A stretch of 63,709 bases of DNA, counting the filler, from a candidate division WOR-3 bacterium (GTDB lineage: Bacteria; SDB-A), in assembly GCA_016934535.1 (NCBI GenBank). It is 5 parts of 5 records of this genome, joined end to end, with 100 filler letters (N's around TTAATTAATTAA, not from the genome) between each part and the next. Parts side by side here need not be neighbours in the genome. Positions count along the whole stretch, not along the records: positions 7,597 to 24,524 come from JAFGSQ010000064.1; 4 more parts are not named here. One strand, given 5' to 3'. Shown piece after piece: positions 7,863 to 18,055 of this stretch. The notes beneath the pieces are model-generated. The model ran no database searches, was not told where the DNA came from, and worked only from the letters and a program-made list of their open reading frames with translations. Both the position numbers and the translations under genes were made by a program. Numbering within the stretch: the first letter of the stretch is position 1; the number at the start of each line of letters is the position of its first letter.

Positions 7863-9944
7863 ATGATGTCGGTGTTTGGTATTGACGATATCAGGAATGT
7901 TGTTTTGGTTTCTCATCAGGGGGCGGGAAAGACGACTCTCGCTGAGTCAATGCTGTATAGAGCGGGCGCGATTAACAGAATGGGAAGCATAGACGACGGA
8001 AACACCGTCATGGACTTCGATCAGGAAGAAAAGACGAGAAAGACATCGATAAACCTTTCTCTTGCGAATTTTGCTTGGAAAGATAAAAAAATAAACATAC
8101 TCGACACACCCGGCTATATAGATTTTATTTTTGAAACGGTTGCCGCAGTCAGCGTCACCGAAAGCGCTGTCGTAGTAGTAGATTCAGCCTCGGGAGTCGA
8201 AGTTGGAACGGAAATAACTTGGGACCGGCTTGACGAAAAGAAAATTCCCCGATTTGTTTTTGTCAATCACATGACAAAAGAAAACGCGGATTTCGAAAAA
8301 TGCCTTTCTTCATTGAGAGAGGCTTTCCCGAAGGTAATATTCACTCCTTTCGTTTTGCCTTTGGGCGAAGGCGCCTCTTTCAAAGGGGTAATAGACGCCG
8401 TCGCCAAAAAAGCCTGCATCATGAAGGAAGGGAAAACGGAAATTTGCGAAGTTCCGGGCGATTCATCTGAAAAAATAGACGATGCATACAACACTATTGC
8501 AGAATCGGCAACGGAAGCCGACGAAGCGCTGATGGAAAAGTATCTTGAAGGAAAAAAACTGGAGGAAGAAGAGATATCAAAAGGTCTGGTCGAAGCCTTC
8601 AAGAAAAATCTTTTCGTACCTGTCCTTTGCGGAGACGCGGTTACGGGAAGCGGAGTCGAAAATTTGCTCAATCTGATTACAGCTTTGGCTCCCCCTCCTT
8701 CGGTCATATATCCCTACAAGGTCAGGAAAACATCGGGCGGAGATGAAGCGGAACTCAAGGAGGGATCTCCTTTCGCCGGTCTGGTGTTTAAAATGACGGC
8801 GGAACAGCATGTCGGCGAGATATGCTACATGAAAGCTTACTCCGGAAAAGTACCGCAGGGAGCAGAACTGATTAACAGCCGAACGGGCAAAAACGAAAAG
8901 ATAGGACAGATGTTTTCCGTCGTCGGCAAAGACAGAACCGACATGAAAGAGCTCGGTGCGGGAGACATCGCGGCTCTCGTCAAGCTCAAAGACACCACGA
9001 CAAACGACACACTTTCCGAGAAAATTCTTTCTGTAGAGATTGAAAAAATAAAATTCCCGGAACCAAGCATAACTTTTGCCGTCATTCCGGAATCGAAATC
9101 CGACGACGAAAAAATGATTTCCGGTCTGACTAAGATACAGAAAGAGGATCCTTCTTTCAGATTCAGATACGATTCCGAGACGAGACAAACTTTGGTTGAA
9201 GGACTCGGTGAAACACATTTGGAAATCACCCTCTCAAAAATCAAAAAATCAGGCAGTAACCTGAAATTCGAAAAACCGATAATCAAATACAGGGAGACAA
9301 TAAGGAAAAAAGCTGAAGCCCAGGGAAGGCACAAAAAACAGTCTGGCGGAAGAGGCCAGTTCGCCGATGTGTGGATCAGGTTCGAACCCATAGAGAGAGG
9401 AAAGGAATTCGAATTTAAGGACGAGATTTTCGGAGGAGCTGTTCCTAAAAACTATATTCCGGCAGTGAATAAAGGACTCGAAGAGGCCAGAAAGAAAGGT
9501 GTCCTTTCAAATTCGATGACAGTCGATTTCAGAGCGGTTCTTTACGACGGAAGTTACCACAAAGTCGATTCCTCCGATTTCGCTTTTCAGATAGCGGCTT
9601 CGCTTGCTTTCCAGAAAGCCATACCCGAGGCCAATCCGATTCTACTGGAACCGATAGTCAGTATTGAAGTGACGATTCCAAACGAGAACACCGGCGATAT
9701 AATGGGAGACATAAGCACGAGAAGGGGAAAAGTCCTCGGAATGGAACCTGCCGGCAAGTGGCAAAAAATAAAAGCTCTGGTCCCGGAATCCGAAATGTAC
9801 ATGTATTCGACAAATCTCAGATCTATAACTCAGGGCAGGGGATTTTTCACTCAAAAGTATTCCCATTACGAAGAAGTCCCCAAAGAACTTACAATTAAAA
9901 TTGCCGAAGAGACAAAAAAGAGAAGGGAGGAAGCCAATGAATAA
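7863..9944 (+). CDS. fusA: Elongation factor G paralog (EF-G2-like, stand-alone)
   Basis: 693 aa; HQGAGKTT, RKTSI in place of RGITI, DTPG, KQSGGRGQF, YHKVDSS; not in a str operon. Confidence 0.9.
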   Translation: MMSVFGIDDIRNVVLVSHQGAGKTTLAESMLYRAGAINRMGSIDDGNTVMDFDQEEKTRKTSINLSLANFAWKDKKINILDTPGYIDFIFETVAAVSVTESAVVVVDSASGVEVGTEITWDRLDEKKIPRFVFVNHMTKENADFEKCLSSLREAFPKVIFTPFVLPLGEGASFKGVIDAVAKKACIMKEGKTEICEVPGDSSEKIDDAYNTIAESATEADEALMEKYLEGKKLEEEEISKGLVEAFKKNLFVPVLCGDAVTGSGVENLLNLITALAPPPSVIYPYKVRKTSGGDEAELKEGSPFAGLVFKMTAEQHVGEICYMKAYSGKVPQGAELINSRTGKNEKIGQMFSVVGKDRTDMKELGAGDIAALVKLKDTTTNDTLSEKILSVEIEKIKFPEPSITFAVIPESKSDDEKMISGLTKIQKEDPSFRFRYDSETRQTLVEGLGETHLEITLSKIKKSGSNLKFEKPIIKYRETIRKKAEAQGRHKKQSGGRGQFADVWIRFEPIERGKEFEFKDEIFGGAVPKNYIPAVNKGLEEARKKGVLSNSMTVDFRAVLYDGSYHKVDSSDFAFQIAASLAFQKAIPEANPILLEPIVSIEVTIPNENTGDIMGDISTRRGKVLGMEPAGKWQKIKALVPESEMYMYSTNLRSITQGRGFFTQKYSHYEEVPKELTIKIAEETKKRREEANE

Positions 9945-10392
9945 GTACACTGCTTTTTTACTTGCGGTTGCGGGTTTGCTTGCTTTTTCCTGCGGACCTA
10001 AAAATGCCGAAGTTAACGAAACGGGGGAAACTTTCATCAGAGCAGAGGTCGAGATTTGGAAAAACATGATGCCCACTGTTCCGCCTTCCGAACCTAACGT
10101 TATATGCAATTTCGAGTTAACGGTTTCGGCAAAACAGGAATTTCATGAGATTACGCTGATCGCCGGAATGATAGAAAAAATTGACGGAACGGAGATTTCA
10201 TCAGTAACTTTTGATTTCGAACCGATTTTTACCACGGATTCTGTGGAACAATCTTTCACTGTCAGAGCCGTCGTGGATTACCCTTCGAGGATTTCGGGAG
10301 GTGAAAATGTCTTCGCGTGGCTCTTGTTTTATGTGGACGGTGAAAAAGTAGAAATTGAATCACCACCCGTCGAAGTTAAAACAGTGTATTAG
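9937..10392 (+). CDS. Hypothetical lipoprotein
   Basis: ATG 9937 after GGAGG; lipobox LAFS-C. Confidence 0.65.
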   Translation: MNKYTAFLLAVAGLLAFSCGPKNAEVNETGETFIRAEVEIWKNMMPTVPPSEPNVICNFELTVSAKQEFHEITLIAGMIEKIDGTEISSVTFDFEPIFTTDSVEQSFTVRAVVDYPSRISGGENVFAWLLFYVDGEKVEIESPPVEVKTVY

Positions 10393-11162
10393 TGACTGAC
10401 GCACACTGCCACTTATCGCATTTTCCGATCGCAGACAGAAGAGATGATGTCATTCGCCAGGCGAGAACGGCGGGGGTTGATACAATTATTGATTGTCTCA
10501 CCGATCCCGGGCTTTGGGAAAAAGAGGCGGCTAAAAAAGAACCCGGGATCTATCTGAGTGTCGGTATTCATCCACAGTCAGTAAGGGCAAAGGATTTTTC
10601 CCCGGAGATGCTGGCTCTAGAAAATCTTTCAAAAAACAAGAGAGTCGCGGCCATAGGTGAAGCGGGTTTTGACACTTTAAAAAACAGCGCCGGGATTAAT
10701 CTTCAAAAAAAAATATTGTACAACCAGACTGAAATAGCTGTTTCCGCAGGTCTTCCGATTATTATCCATTGCCTTGGTCAGTACGACCTTCTTTTAAAAG
10801 AGCTCAAGAATTTAAAGTTAAAAATTCCGGTAATATTGCACAGGTACAGCGGAGGAGACGGGCAGGTAGGAGCTTTTGCCGCTATCGGCTGTTTTTTTTC
10901 GATTTCCGGAAACGTGTTGCATCCGAACAACAAAAAACTTTTCAATTCAGTGAGAAAAATGCCGGACGAACTTATACTGGCTGAAACGGACGCGCCATAC
11001 TTTTTTCCTGACAAAAGAAAAAAAAGCGGCACGCCCGCTCATCTGCCACTCGTCGTTGAAAAAATTTCTTATATAAAAGGAAAGGATTTTTTCTCAATGA
11101 ACGCTGAAATTCATGAAAACACACGAAGAGCTTTTCGGGAAAGAGTTTCTTTCCCGGACTGA
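10392..11162 (+). CDS. TatD family hydrolase
   Basis: DAHCH, GIHP, AIGEAGFD, IIH and ETDAPY motifs. Confidence 0.92.
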   Translation: MTDAHCHLSHFPIADRRDDVIRQARTAGVDTIIDCLTDPGLWEKEAAKKEPGIYLSVGIHPQSVRAKDFSPEMLALENLSKNKRVAAIGEAGFDTLKNSAGINLQKKILYNQTEIAVSAGLPIIIHCLGQYDLLLKELKNLKLKIPVILHRYSGGDGQVGAFAAIGCFFSISGNVLHPNNKKLFNSVRKMPDELILAETDAPYFFPDKRKKSGTPAHLPLVVEKISYIKGKDFFSMNAEIHENTRRAFRERVSFPD

Positions 11163-11817
11163 ACTTGTCTACGGCGAAGAAACTCTGAAAAGACTATCGG
11201 AAAAGAGAATCGCCGTTGTAGGACTCGGAGGAGTGGGCTCGGCTGCCGCTGAAGCGCTTTGCAGATTAGGGGCGGAAAACGTCCTGCTGATAGACAGAGA
11301 CTATCTGGAGGCTTCCAATCTCAACAGGCATTTTCAGAGTTCGGTAAAAAATATCGGCCGCGAAAAAGCCGCGGAAACTTCCGAAAGATGTTCGGAAATT
11401 AATCCCCGAGGCAGCTTTACGGCGATTAAAGAGGAAATCACTCCTGACAACGTATCGCTTTTGGCGAATTTTAAACCGGATTTCGTATTGGACGCCGTTG
11501 ACGACATCGAAGCAAAAATAACTATGGCCAGGGTTTGTGTAGTAAATAAAACAGGCTTTATTTCTTCCATGGGGGCCGGCTGGAAGAAAGACCCGTCAAT
11601 GATAAGGATATCGCTTTTGAGCGAAACGAAAGTTTGCCCTCTGGCAAGAAAAATGAGAAAAGAGCTTAAATCAAACTGCGATTTTCCAGTCGTCTATTCG
11701 ACAGAAGTGTGTCCGTCAAAAGAAAAGCCGGTCGGCTCCTCTTTCATCGTCACCGCTGTGTTCGGTTTTTATATGGCCAAGTGGATTCTTGACAGAGTGA
11801 GCGTTCCGTTTGACTGA
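11113..11817 (+). CDS. ThiF family protein, tRNA threonylcarbamoyladenosine dehydratase (TcdA)-like
   Basis: GLGGVGS, SNLNR, SSMGAG, CPLARKMR, VVYSTE. Confidence 0.85.
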   Translation: MKTHEELFGKEFLSRTELVYGEETLKRLSEKRIAVVGLGGVGSAAAEALCRLGAENVLLIDRDYLEASNLNRHFQSSVKNIGREKAAETSERCSEINPRGSFTAIKEEITPDNVSLLANFKPDFVLDAVDDIEAKITMARVCVVNKTGFISSMGAGWKKDPSMIRISLLSETKVCPLARKMRKELKSNCDFPVVYSTEVCPSKEKPVGSSFIVTAVFGFYMAKWILDRVSVPFD

Positions 11818-11864
11818 TGGAGAAGATTATTCCAATCGCGGCTCTCGGCAAAAGACTTCTTTTT

Positions 11865-11873
11865 TGATATAAT
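11865..11873 (+). promoter_or_regulatory. Extended -10 promoter for fba
   Basis: TGATATAAT 33 nt upstream of the fba ATG. Confidence 0.5.
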
Positions 11874-11906
11874 TTTAAAAGTAAACCGAAACAATAAGGA
11901 GAAAGC

Positions 11907-12881
11907 ATGATTGAATTTAAAAGTCTTGGTTTTGTCAACACGCGCGAGATGTTCAAAAAAGCATACGATTCAGGTTTCGCTGTACCGGCATATAATTTCA
12001 ACAACATGGAACAGCTTCAGTCGATAATGCTCGCTTGCGCCGAGACCAATTCGCCCGTAATACTTCAGGTTTCAAAAGGAGCCCGAAAATACGCAAATCC
12101 GATAATGCTCAGATATATGGCCGAAGGTGCTGTCAGAATGGTCAGGGACGAGCTCAAAGCCAAATTCCCTATAGCTCTTCATCTCGATCACGGCGATTCT
12201 TTCGAAACCTGCCAATCGGCAATTCAGTACGGCTTCTCATCAGTTATGATTGACGGTTCCTCTCTGTCGTTCAAGGACAACATCGAGTTGACAAAAAAAG
12301 TTGTCGAATACGCCCACAACTTCGATGTCACGGTAGAGGGGGAACTCGGCGTACTCGCAGGCATCGAAGATGAAGTGGTAGGAGAGGCTACGACTTATAC
12401 AGATCCGAAAGACGTCAAAGAATTTGTCGGCAAGACAAACGTGGATTCGCTGGCTATTTCGATAGGCACATCTCACGGAGCGTACAAATTCAAGCTGAAA
12501 CCCGGAGAACCTTTGCCTGAGCTAAGATTTGACATTCTCGAAGAGATCACCAAGCAGATTCCCGGTTTTCCGATCGTCCTTCACGGATCTTCATCCGTAC
12601 CTGCCGATTACGTAGATATGATAAACAAATACGGTGGAAAACTCGAGGGAGCCGCCGGGGTACCTGAAGAACAACTGAGAAGAGCCGCCAAATCCTCGGT
12701 TTGCAAAATAAACGTCGACACGGACGGAAGACTAGTCGTGACAGCAAAAATAAGGGAAGCCCTTGCAAAAAACCCGGATAAATACGATCCGAGAGACTAT
12801 CTCGGTCCCGCGAGAGAAGCGCTAAAAGAACTACTTATAGATAAAAACGTCAACGTCATGGGCAGTTCGGGTCAGGGATGA
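11907..12881 (+). CDS. fba: Class II fructose-bisphosphate aldolase
   Basis: ALHLDHG, SSVMIDGS, VEGELG, GTSHGAYK, VLHGSS, KINVDTD. Confidence 0.96.
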   Translation: MIEFKSLGFVNTREMFKKAYDSGFAVPAYNFNNMEQLQSIMLACAETNSPVILQVSKGARKYANPIMLRYMAEGAVRMVRDELKAKFPIALHLDHGDSFETCQSAIQYGFSSVMIDGSSLSFKDNIELTKKVVEYAHNFDVTVEGELGVLAGIEDEVVGEATTYTDPKDVKEFVGKTNVDSLAISIGTSHGAYKFKLKPGEPLPELRFDILEEITKQIPGFPIVLHGSSSVPADYVDMINKYGGKLEGAAGVPEEQLRRAAKSSVCKINVDTDGRLVVTAKIREALAKNPDKYDPRDYLGPAREALKELLIDKNVNVMGSSGQG

Positions 12882-12882
12882 C

Positions 12883-13230
12883 ATGAACAGTGATACAGCT
12901 CAGGTAATTTCAGTTCTTCTGGAAAACAAGGCTTATGACGTAATTTACATAGACATAGCAGGGCTTTCAGCTGTTACGGACGGCATTGTCATAGCGACTA
13001 CACTTTCAGACGTACATTCCAGAAGCCTGGTCAGAAAAATTCACGAGGCGATAAAAAAATCTACTGAAAAGAGCTTTTTCAGAGAAGAAGGATCGAGGAA
13101 CGGCAAATGGGCAGTACTGGATTTTACTGATTTCATGGTCCATTTAATGGTGCCCGAGATGAGAGAACTCTATAATCTCGAAAGCATCTGGCCTGACGCT
13201 AAATTGACAGAATTTCAATCAACGCGTTGA
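12883..13230 (+). CDS. rsfS: Ribosome silencing factor RsfS (Iojap)
   Basis: ENKAYDV..., [22 protein letters not shown]. Confidence 0.9.
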   Translation: MNSDTAQVISVLLENKAYDVIYIDIAGLSAVTDGIVIATTLSDVHSRSLVRKIHEAIKKSTEKSFFREEGSRNGKWAVLDFTDFMVHLMVPEMRELYNLESIWPDAKLTEFQSTR

Positions 13231-13254
13231 CAATTCACGAGAAGCTGGTATAAT
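13227..13254 (+). promoter_or_regulatory. Sigma70 promoter of the rpmH operon
   Basis: TTGACA-16-TATAAT. Confidence 0.7.
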
Positions 13255-13294
13255 TTGCTTCTTTGATTCAACCAAGTATTTTCCGGAGGATAAA

Positions 13295-13441
13295 ATGAAA
13301 AGGACATATCAACCGAGCAGATTGAAAAGAGCGAGAACACACGGTTTCAGAAAAAGAATGAGCACCAGAAACGGGCGAAAGGTACTGTCGAGCAGAAGAG
13401 CAAAAGGAAGAAAAAGACTTGTGCCCGAAATTGCAGGATGA
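13295..13441 (+). CDS. rpmH: 50S ribosomal protein L34 (absent from the ORF track)
   Basis: Manual translation [56 protein letters not shown]. Confidence 0.98.
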   Translation: MKRTYQPSRLKRARTHGFRKRMSTRNGRKVLSSRRAKGRKRLVPEIAG

Positions 13442-13770
13442 AAAACGGCGTTATAGGGAAACTGAAGAAAAAAAAAGAAATAGAAAAACTTCTCGCTAAA
13501 GGCAAAAAAGATTATTGTACTTTTATCGGCATTATTCATCAACCTGCAGGAGAAACAAGGTTCAGCATAGGCCTGAGAAAGGGCATCAAAGGCGCCGTAG
13601 CCAGGAATAAGCTCAGAAGACGGCTTAAATCTGTTCTGATGAAAAGAATTGCTGAGATTAAATTATGCAGCGAGTTCATTGTCATAGCAAAAAAAGAAGC
13701 CGCTTGCCTGAGTTTCGCGGAACTGGAGAAGCAATTGACAACGGCAATGAAAAAAGCCGGATTGATCTGA
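13438..13770 (+). CDS. rnpA: Ribonuclease P protein component
   Basis: [12 protein letters not shown] motif; directly after rpmH. Confidence 0.92.
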   Translation: MKNGVIGKLKKKKEIEKLLAKGKKDYCTFIGIIHQPAGETRFSIGLRKGIKGAVARNKLRRRLKSVLMKRIAEIKLCSEFIVIAKKEAACLSFAELEKQLTTAMKKAGLI

Positions 13771-13979
13771 CCGCGAAAGCGGCAATCTTCGCAGTTGAAG
13801 TGTACAGGCACATTGTTTCGCCTTTGTTTCCGAGGTCTTGCAGGTTTTATCCCTCGTGTTCAGAATACGCGAAACAGGCGCTAATGAAATACGGGCTGAA
13901 AAAAGGCGTTATCCTCTCTCTGAAGAGGATTTTGAGATGCAACCCATTCTGCGCAGGAGGATATGATCCTCTCGATTGA
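13665..13979 (+). CDS. yidD: Membrane protein insertion efficiency factor YidD (start uncertain, probably near 13760)
   Basis: [12 protein letters not shown]...[15 protein letters not shown]. Confidence 0.93.
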   Translation: MQRVHCHSKKRSRLPEFRGTGEAIDNGNEKSRIDLTAKAAIFAVEVYRHIVSPLFPRSCRFYPSCSEYAKQALMKYGLKKGVILSLKRILRCNPFCAGGYDPLD

Positions 13980-13993
13980 AACGAAGGAGTAAA

Positions 13994-15793
13994 ATGGATT
14001 ACAAGCTGAGAATAATTATCGCGATAGCTGTTTCATTTATAATTCTGATCACCTGGCAGTTGTTTTTTAACAAGAATAAAAAACAGGACATTCCGGTTGT
14101 TGACAGTTCTGTTGCAGCTGAAACATCTGCCGCAGAAGTAATTGACGACACGACTGCCATTGTGGACACGGCAACGGTGATTCCGGCGCAGGACACAGCT
14201 TCAAGAGGCGGAGAAACTGTTTTTTTCGAGAAACTGCCTGAAAATTCAGGATTCGTCATGGAAAATGAGAATTTAACCATCTCCCTGAACCTTGAAAAAG
14301 GAGCCTCAGTCGCAGGAATAATCCTTCATGACTACGGGATATCAGGTTCGGAAAAAATGCTCAGCCTTTATCCGCTGAACGACAGCGCTGTCTCTCAGAA
14401 AGGCTTGATATTCTACCTGAACGACGACAGCCTCAAAAAGCAAAGATTCAATTCCTTTGAAGTACCTTTTTTCCTCGACACGTCATATAATGTTTCGGAC
14501 ACGCAGGTGTTTGTTTTTTCTCAGAATATCCTGCGAGTGACCGAATCTGAGTTCCTGGACACTGTGGGCGGAGACACTTCAAGCACAGCAGTTATGGACA
14601 CTTCACACGAGAGTGTTTACATAAGATACATGATCCCGTCCGAAGGGTATTCTTTTCACGTATCGGCCTGGACTGATTTCAGCGACAGAATGAGATACAG
14701 CTGGTCAATGGCGTGGTTCGAAGGCATGGCGGTGACCGAACCCGATGTAAAATCAGATCCAGGTAAAAACAGGTTTTTTGTCGCCATGAGCCCGACCGGA
14801 TTCAGGTATTTCAGGAAGAGCCTGAAAGACGTAGCTGACGGCAAGGCTCTGTACGAAGAACCGGCATTTTGGGCGGGAGTGGCAGATCAGTATTTTATGA
14901 TAGCTTTTATTCCGAGAAACGACGACGAAAGTGATTTTCATTCTCCCGTAAAGTTCGTGTCATACGCAAACGACGACGATTTCCACCCATACCAAACCGA
15001 TATACATTTCGGTCCCACACGCTCTGATACTGTAAAATTTATCTGCTACACCGGACCGCTCGACGAGACTCATTTGTTGAAGACGGGATTCCATCTCGAC
15101 GAGAACGTTCAAATGGGATGGCGCTGGCTCAGGCCCATAAGCAAGACCCTGTTGTGGTTTTTGAGATTGCTGAACAAAGCCATACCGAATTACGGGCTCG
15201 ACATAATAATATTTTCTCTGGCCATGAACATAGTTTTTCTCCCGCTTTCTCTCTACAGTCAGAAATCAATGAAGAGAATGCAGGATCTTCAGCCCAAACT
15301 GCAGGAATTGAAAGACAAATACAAGGGCGATCCGAAAAGGTTGAACGAAGAAACCATGAAAATGTACAGGCAGGAGGCTTTCAATCCTTTCAGCGGCTGT
15401 TTGCCTTTGCTTCTTCAGATGCCGGTATTCATGGCTTTATATCAGATAATGAGAACGACAATTATTCTGAGGAATCAGAGTTTTCTCTGGATTCCCGACC
15501 TTTCGAGACCCGAGGCGACTATCCCGTTTTCCCTGCCTTTTACTTCCGCGCCGGGTATCGGGATTCTGCCGCTTCTGATGGGCGTGATGATGTTTTTTCA
15601 ACAGAAGATGACAAACACAAATCCTCAGCAGAAATCACTGACTTACATAATGCCTATATTCATGACGTATATTTTTCTCGGTTTTCCCGCTGCGATTGTT
15701 TTGTATTGGGCTTCATACAACCTTTTCGGGCTCGGACAGCAGTTGTTTTTCAAATACAGGGAAAAAATAGCCAAAGAACAACGGGCGGAGTAA
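13994..15793 (+). CDS. yidC: Membrane protein insertase YidC
   Basis: N-terminal TM, large periplasmic domain, NYG...SMKRMQDLQPKL...GCLPLLLQMPVF; synteny. Confidence 0.95.
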   Translation: MDYKLRIIIAIAVSFIILITWQLFFNKNKKQDIPVVDSSVAAETSAAEVIDDTTAIVDTATVIPAQDTASRGGETVFFEKLPENSGFVMENENLTISLNLEKGASVAGIILHDYGISGSEKMLSLYPLNDSAVSQKGLIFYLNDDSLKKQRFNSFEVPFFLDTSYNVSDTQVFVFSQNILRVTESEFLDTVGGDTSSTAVMDTSHESVYIRYMIPSEGYSFHVSAWTDFSDRMRYSWSMAWFEGMAVTEPDVKSDPGKNRFFVAMSPTGFRYFRKSLKDVADGKALYEEPAFWAGVADQYFMIAFIPRNDDESDFHSPVKFVSYANDDDFHPYQTDIHFGPTRSDTVKFICYTGPLDETHLLKTGFHLDENVQMGWRWLRPISKTLLWFLRLLNKAIPNYGLDIIIFSLAMNIVFLPLSLYSQKSMKRMQDLQPKLQELKDKYKGDPKRLNEETMKMYRQEAFNPFSGCLPLLLQMPVFMALYQIMRTTIILRNQSFLWIPDLSRPEATIPFSLPFTSAPGIGILPLLMGVMMFFQQKMTNTNPQQKSLTYIMPIFMTYIFLGFPAAIVLYWASYNLFGLGQQLFFKYREKIAKEQRAE

Positions 15794-15794
15794 C

Positions 15795-16253
15795 ATGGAC
15801 GAAAACATAAAAAACTGGCTCTTTGAAAATATAAATGAACTTCTCAGGTTAATGGGATTTGATAGCGTGACCCTTGATATTTCTGAAGAAAGCGAAAATA
15901 TATTTCTTGTAAGCATATTCTCCGAAGAGGATTCAGGCAGGATAATCGGAAGGGAAGGGTCGGTGATTCAGTCAATAACCCTGCTTGTTAACAAAATGCT
16001 GTCCAGGGATTTCAAGGGTTGCAGGGTGAGGATTGACGCCGAGGATTACATGAAAAAAAGGGAAGACAGCTTCAAAGAAAAAGTGGTCGAAATTGCACGA
16101 AGAGCCGAATTACTGACGGAAGAGCATATCATCAAGAACCTGAACTCTTACGAGAGAAGAATAGCACACATGATAATCAAGGATTTTGACGGCGTAGAAA
16201 GCCGAAGCGAAGGCGATGGGGACATCAAAGACCTGGTCATCTTCCCGAAGTGA
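15795..16253 (+). CDS. Jag/KhpB(EloR)-like RNA-binding protein (KH + R3H, short form)
   Basis: GRIIGREG KH motif, ERRIAH R3H motif, SEGDG; between yidC and mnmE. Confidence 0.85.
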   Translation: MDENIKNWLFENINELLRLMGFDSVTLDISEESENIFLVSIFSEEDSGRIIGREGSVIQSITLLVNKMLSRDFKGCRVRIDAEDYMKKREDSFKEKVVEIARRAELLTEEHIIKNLNSYERRIAHMIIKDFDGVESRSEGDGDIKDLVIFPK

Positions 16254-17590
16254 ACTTATTTGACACCATAATAGCGAGAATAACACCGGACGGGGAAAGT
16301 GCCGTGGCTGTCGTAAGAATCAGCGGCGGCAATAGTCTCGCTTACCTGTCTAAAATCACGGAAAAAAATACGTTCAAACCGAGAAAAGCGGTTTTGGTCA
16401 AAATTGTTTTGTCCGGCGGCGTTAAAGATTTTGCCCTGGCTGTTTACTATCCGAAACCCGGATCTTACACCGGCGAAGACGTTTGTGAAATCAGCGTTCA
16501 CGGCAACCAATATCTCGTACGAAAGTTAATCGAGACCTGCGTAGATATGGGAGCCAGAATAGCAGATAGAGGTGAATTCACTTACAGGGCTTACATGAAC
16601 GGAAAAATGGATCTCTCCCAGGTCGAGGGTGTGTTGTCAATGATAAATAGCTCGAACGAAAGTTCATTGAGACGAGCGGGAGCTTCATTGGAAGGAAATC
16701 TCGGGCGAAAAGTTAAAAAATCGCTCGAAAATCTCGACCTTTGCCGTGCCGAACTCGAAATATGCGCACTTGAAGAAGATACTTATCCGAAACTTTCGAA
16801 GGATTTTTACGGAAGATTAAAAAAAGCTTTTAATGACGTTGATGAAATAGCGTCCTGGTCGTCTGCTGCGGCGAAAGATTTTGAAAAACCGCAAGTTTTC
16901 ATAATAGGTCCTCCAAACGCCGGAAAATCAACCCTTTTTAACCGGTTTTATGGAAGCCACAGGGTTGTTGTTTCTGATGCGCCTGGGACGACAAGAGACA
17001 TGATAAGGGAAGAGGTCGATTTTCCAGGAGGCATGATCAGACTTGTTGACGGGGCGGGTTTGAGAGACGAACACTTCGATTCCGTAGAAAAACTTGGGAA
17101 AGAGATTTTGCTGGATAAGCTGAGAGGAGCTGACGCGGTTATCGTTCTTCTCGATGCTGTCGCAGAATGGAAAAGCGACCTGAAGAAGTTTTCCGCTTTG
17201 ACTGAAGGTAAAAAGAGGGTGCTCGCTCTTAATAAATCAGACCTGGCAATAGAAGTTGGCCGCTTGCCCGAGGAAATTCTCCCGGTCTCGGCAGTAACGG
17301 GAGAAAACCTTGACTCTCTGAAAAGAGAAATTTCGACAAAACTGTGGGGTGAAAGCGCGGAAAATAAAACATCAGACGGAGACCCGTTTGTTTCGGAAAG
17401 AGCCTCTCTGCTGGCGTCGGAAGCTTTATCGAGCATTAAAAGAGCCGAAAAGAACATTGAAAAAGACGTCTGGGACATCGCGGCTTACGAACTTGAAAAA
17501 GTGTCGGAAAACCTCGGATCGATAATCGGAGTGCATGTGAAACCAGGAGAAATAGTGGCTCTGTTCGATAAATTTTGCGTGGGGAAATAA
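16250..17590 (+). CDS. mnmE: tRNA modification GTPase MnmE/TrmE
   Basis: SYTGEDVCEISVHG, GEFTYRAYMNGKMDL, GPPNAGKS, GTTRD, C-terminal FCVGK. Confidence 0.95.
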   Translation: MNLFDTIIARITPDGESAVAVVRISGGNSLAYLSKITEKNTFKPRKAVLVKIVLSGGVKDFALAVYYPKPGSYTGEDVCEISVHGNQYLVRKLIETCVDMGARIADRGEFTYRAYMNGKMDLSQVEGVLSMINSSNESSLRRAGASLEGNLGRKVKKSLENLDLCRAELEICALEEDTYPKLSKDFYGRLKKAFNDVDEIASWSSAAAKDFEKPQVFIIGPPNAGKSTLFNRFYGSHRVVVSDAPGTTRDMIREEVDFPGGMIRLVDGAGLRDEHFDSVEKLGKEILLDKLRGADAVIVLLDAVAEWKSDLKKFSALTEGKKRVLALNKSDLAIEVGRLPEEILPVSAVTGENLDSLKREISTKLWGESAENKTSDGDPFVSERASLLASEALSSIKRAEKNIEKDVWDIAAYELEKVSENLGSIIGVHVKPGEIVALFDKFCVGK

Positions 17591-17752
17591 CTTTCTCAAC
17601 ATTGACAACCGGATAAAACAGTACGAAAATTGCCCGGATTGCATTTCAGGAAACAAAATGATCAAAAATGATGACATCTGTCGCGTCGTTCGAAAGACAG
17701 AAGAAGATTCGAAGGAAATTATTTTTAACAGCTCTATTAAGCCGGTAAATCC

Positions 17753-18055
17753 TTGGTAGAATATCCTGAAAACAAACACCCTGTAGTAATTCCCGTCGAA
17801 GGGACTCTCGATCTTCACTGTTTCGACAAAAAGGAAACGGAGAGTTTAATTCGTGAATATCTTGAAGAATGCAGGAGAAGGGGAATAAAAAAGGTGAGGA
17901 TCATTCATGGAAAAGGGAAAGGTGTTCTTATGGCCAGAGTTCATTCCGTCCTGAAAAAGATAGAGTTTGTCAAATCCTACGAAACAGCAAACGATCAAAG
18001 AAGCTCCTGGGGAGCGACGCTGGTCGAACTGGCTGAAGAAGACGGTTTGTCATAA
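17753..18055 (+). CDS. Smr/MutS2 C-terminal domain protein
   Basis: LDLH, IIHGKGKG, WGATLV. Confidence 0.9.
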   Translation: MVEYPENKHPVVIPVEGTLDLHCFDKKETESLIREYLEECRRRGIKKVRIIHGKGKGVLMARVHSVLKKIEFVKSYETANDQRSSWGATLVELAEEDGLS

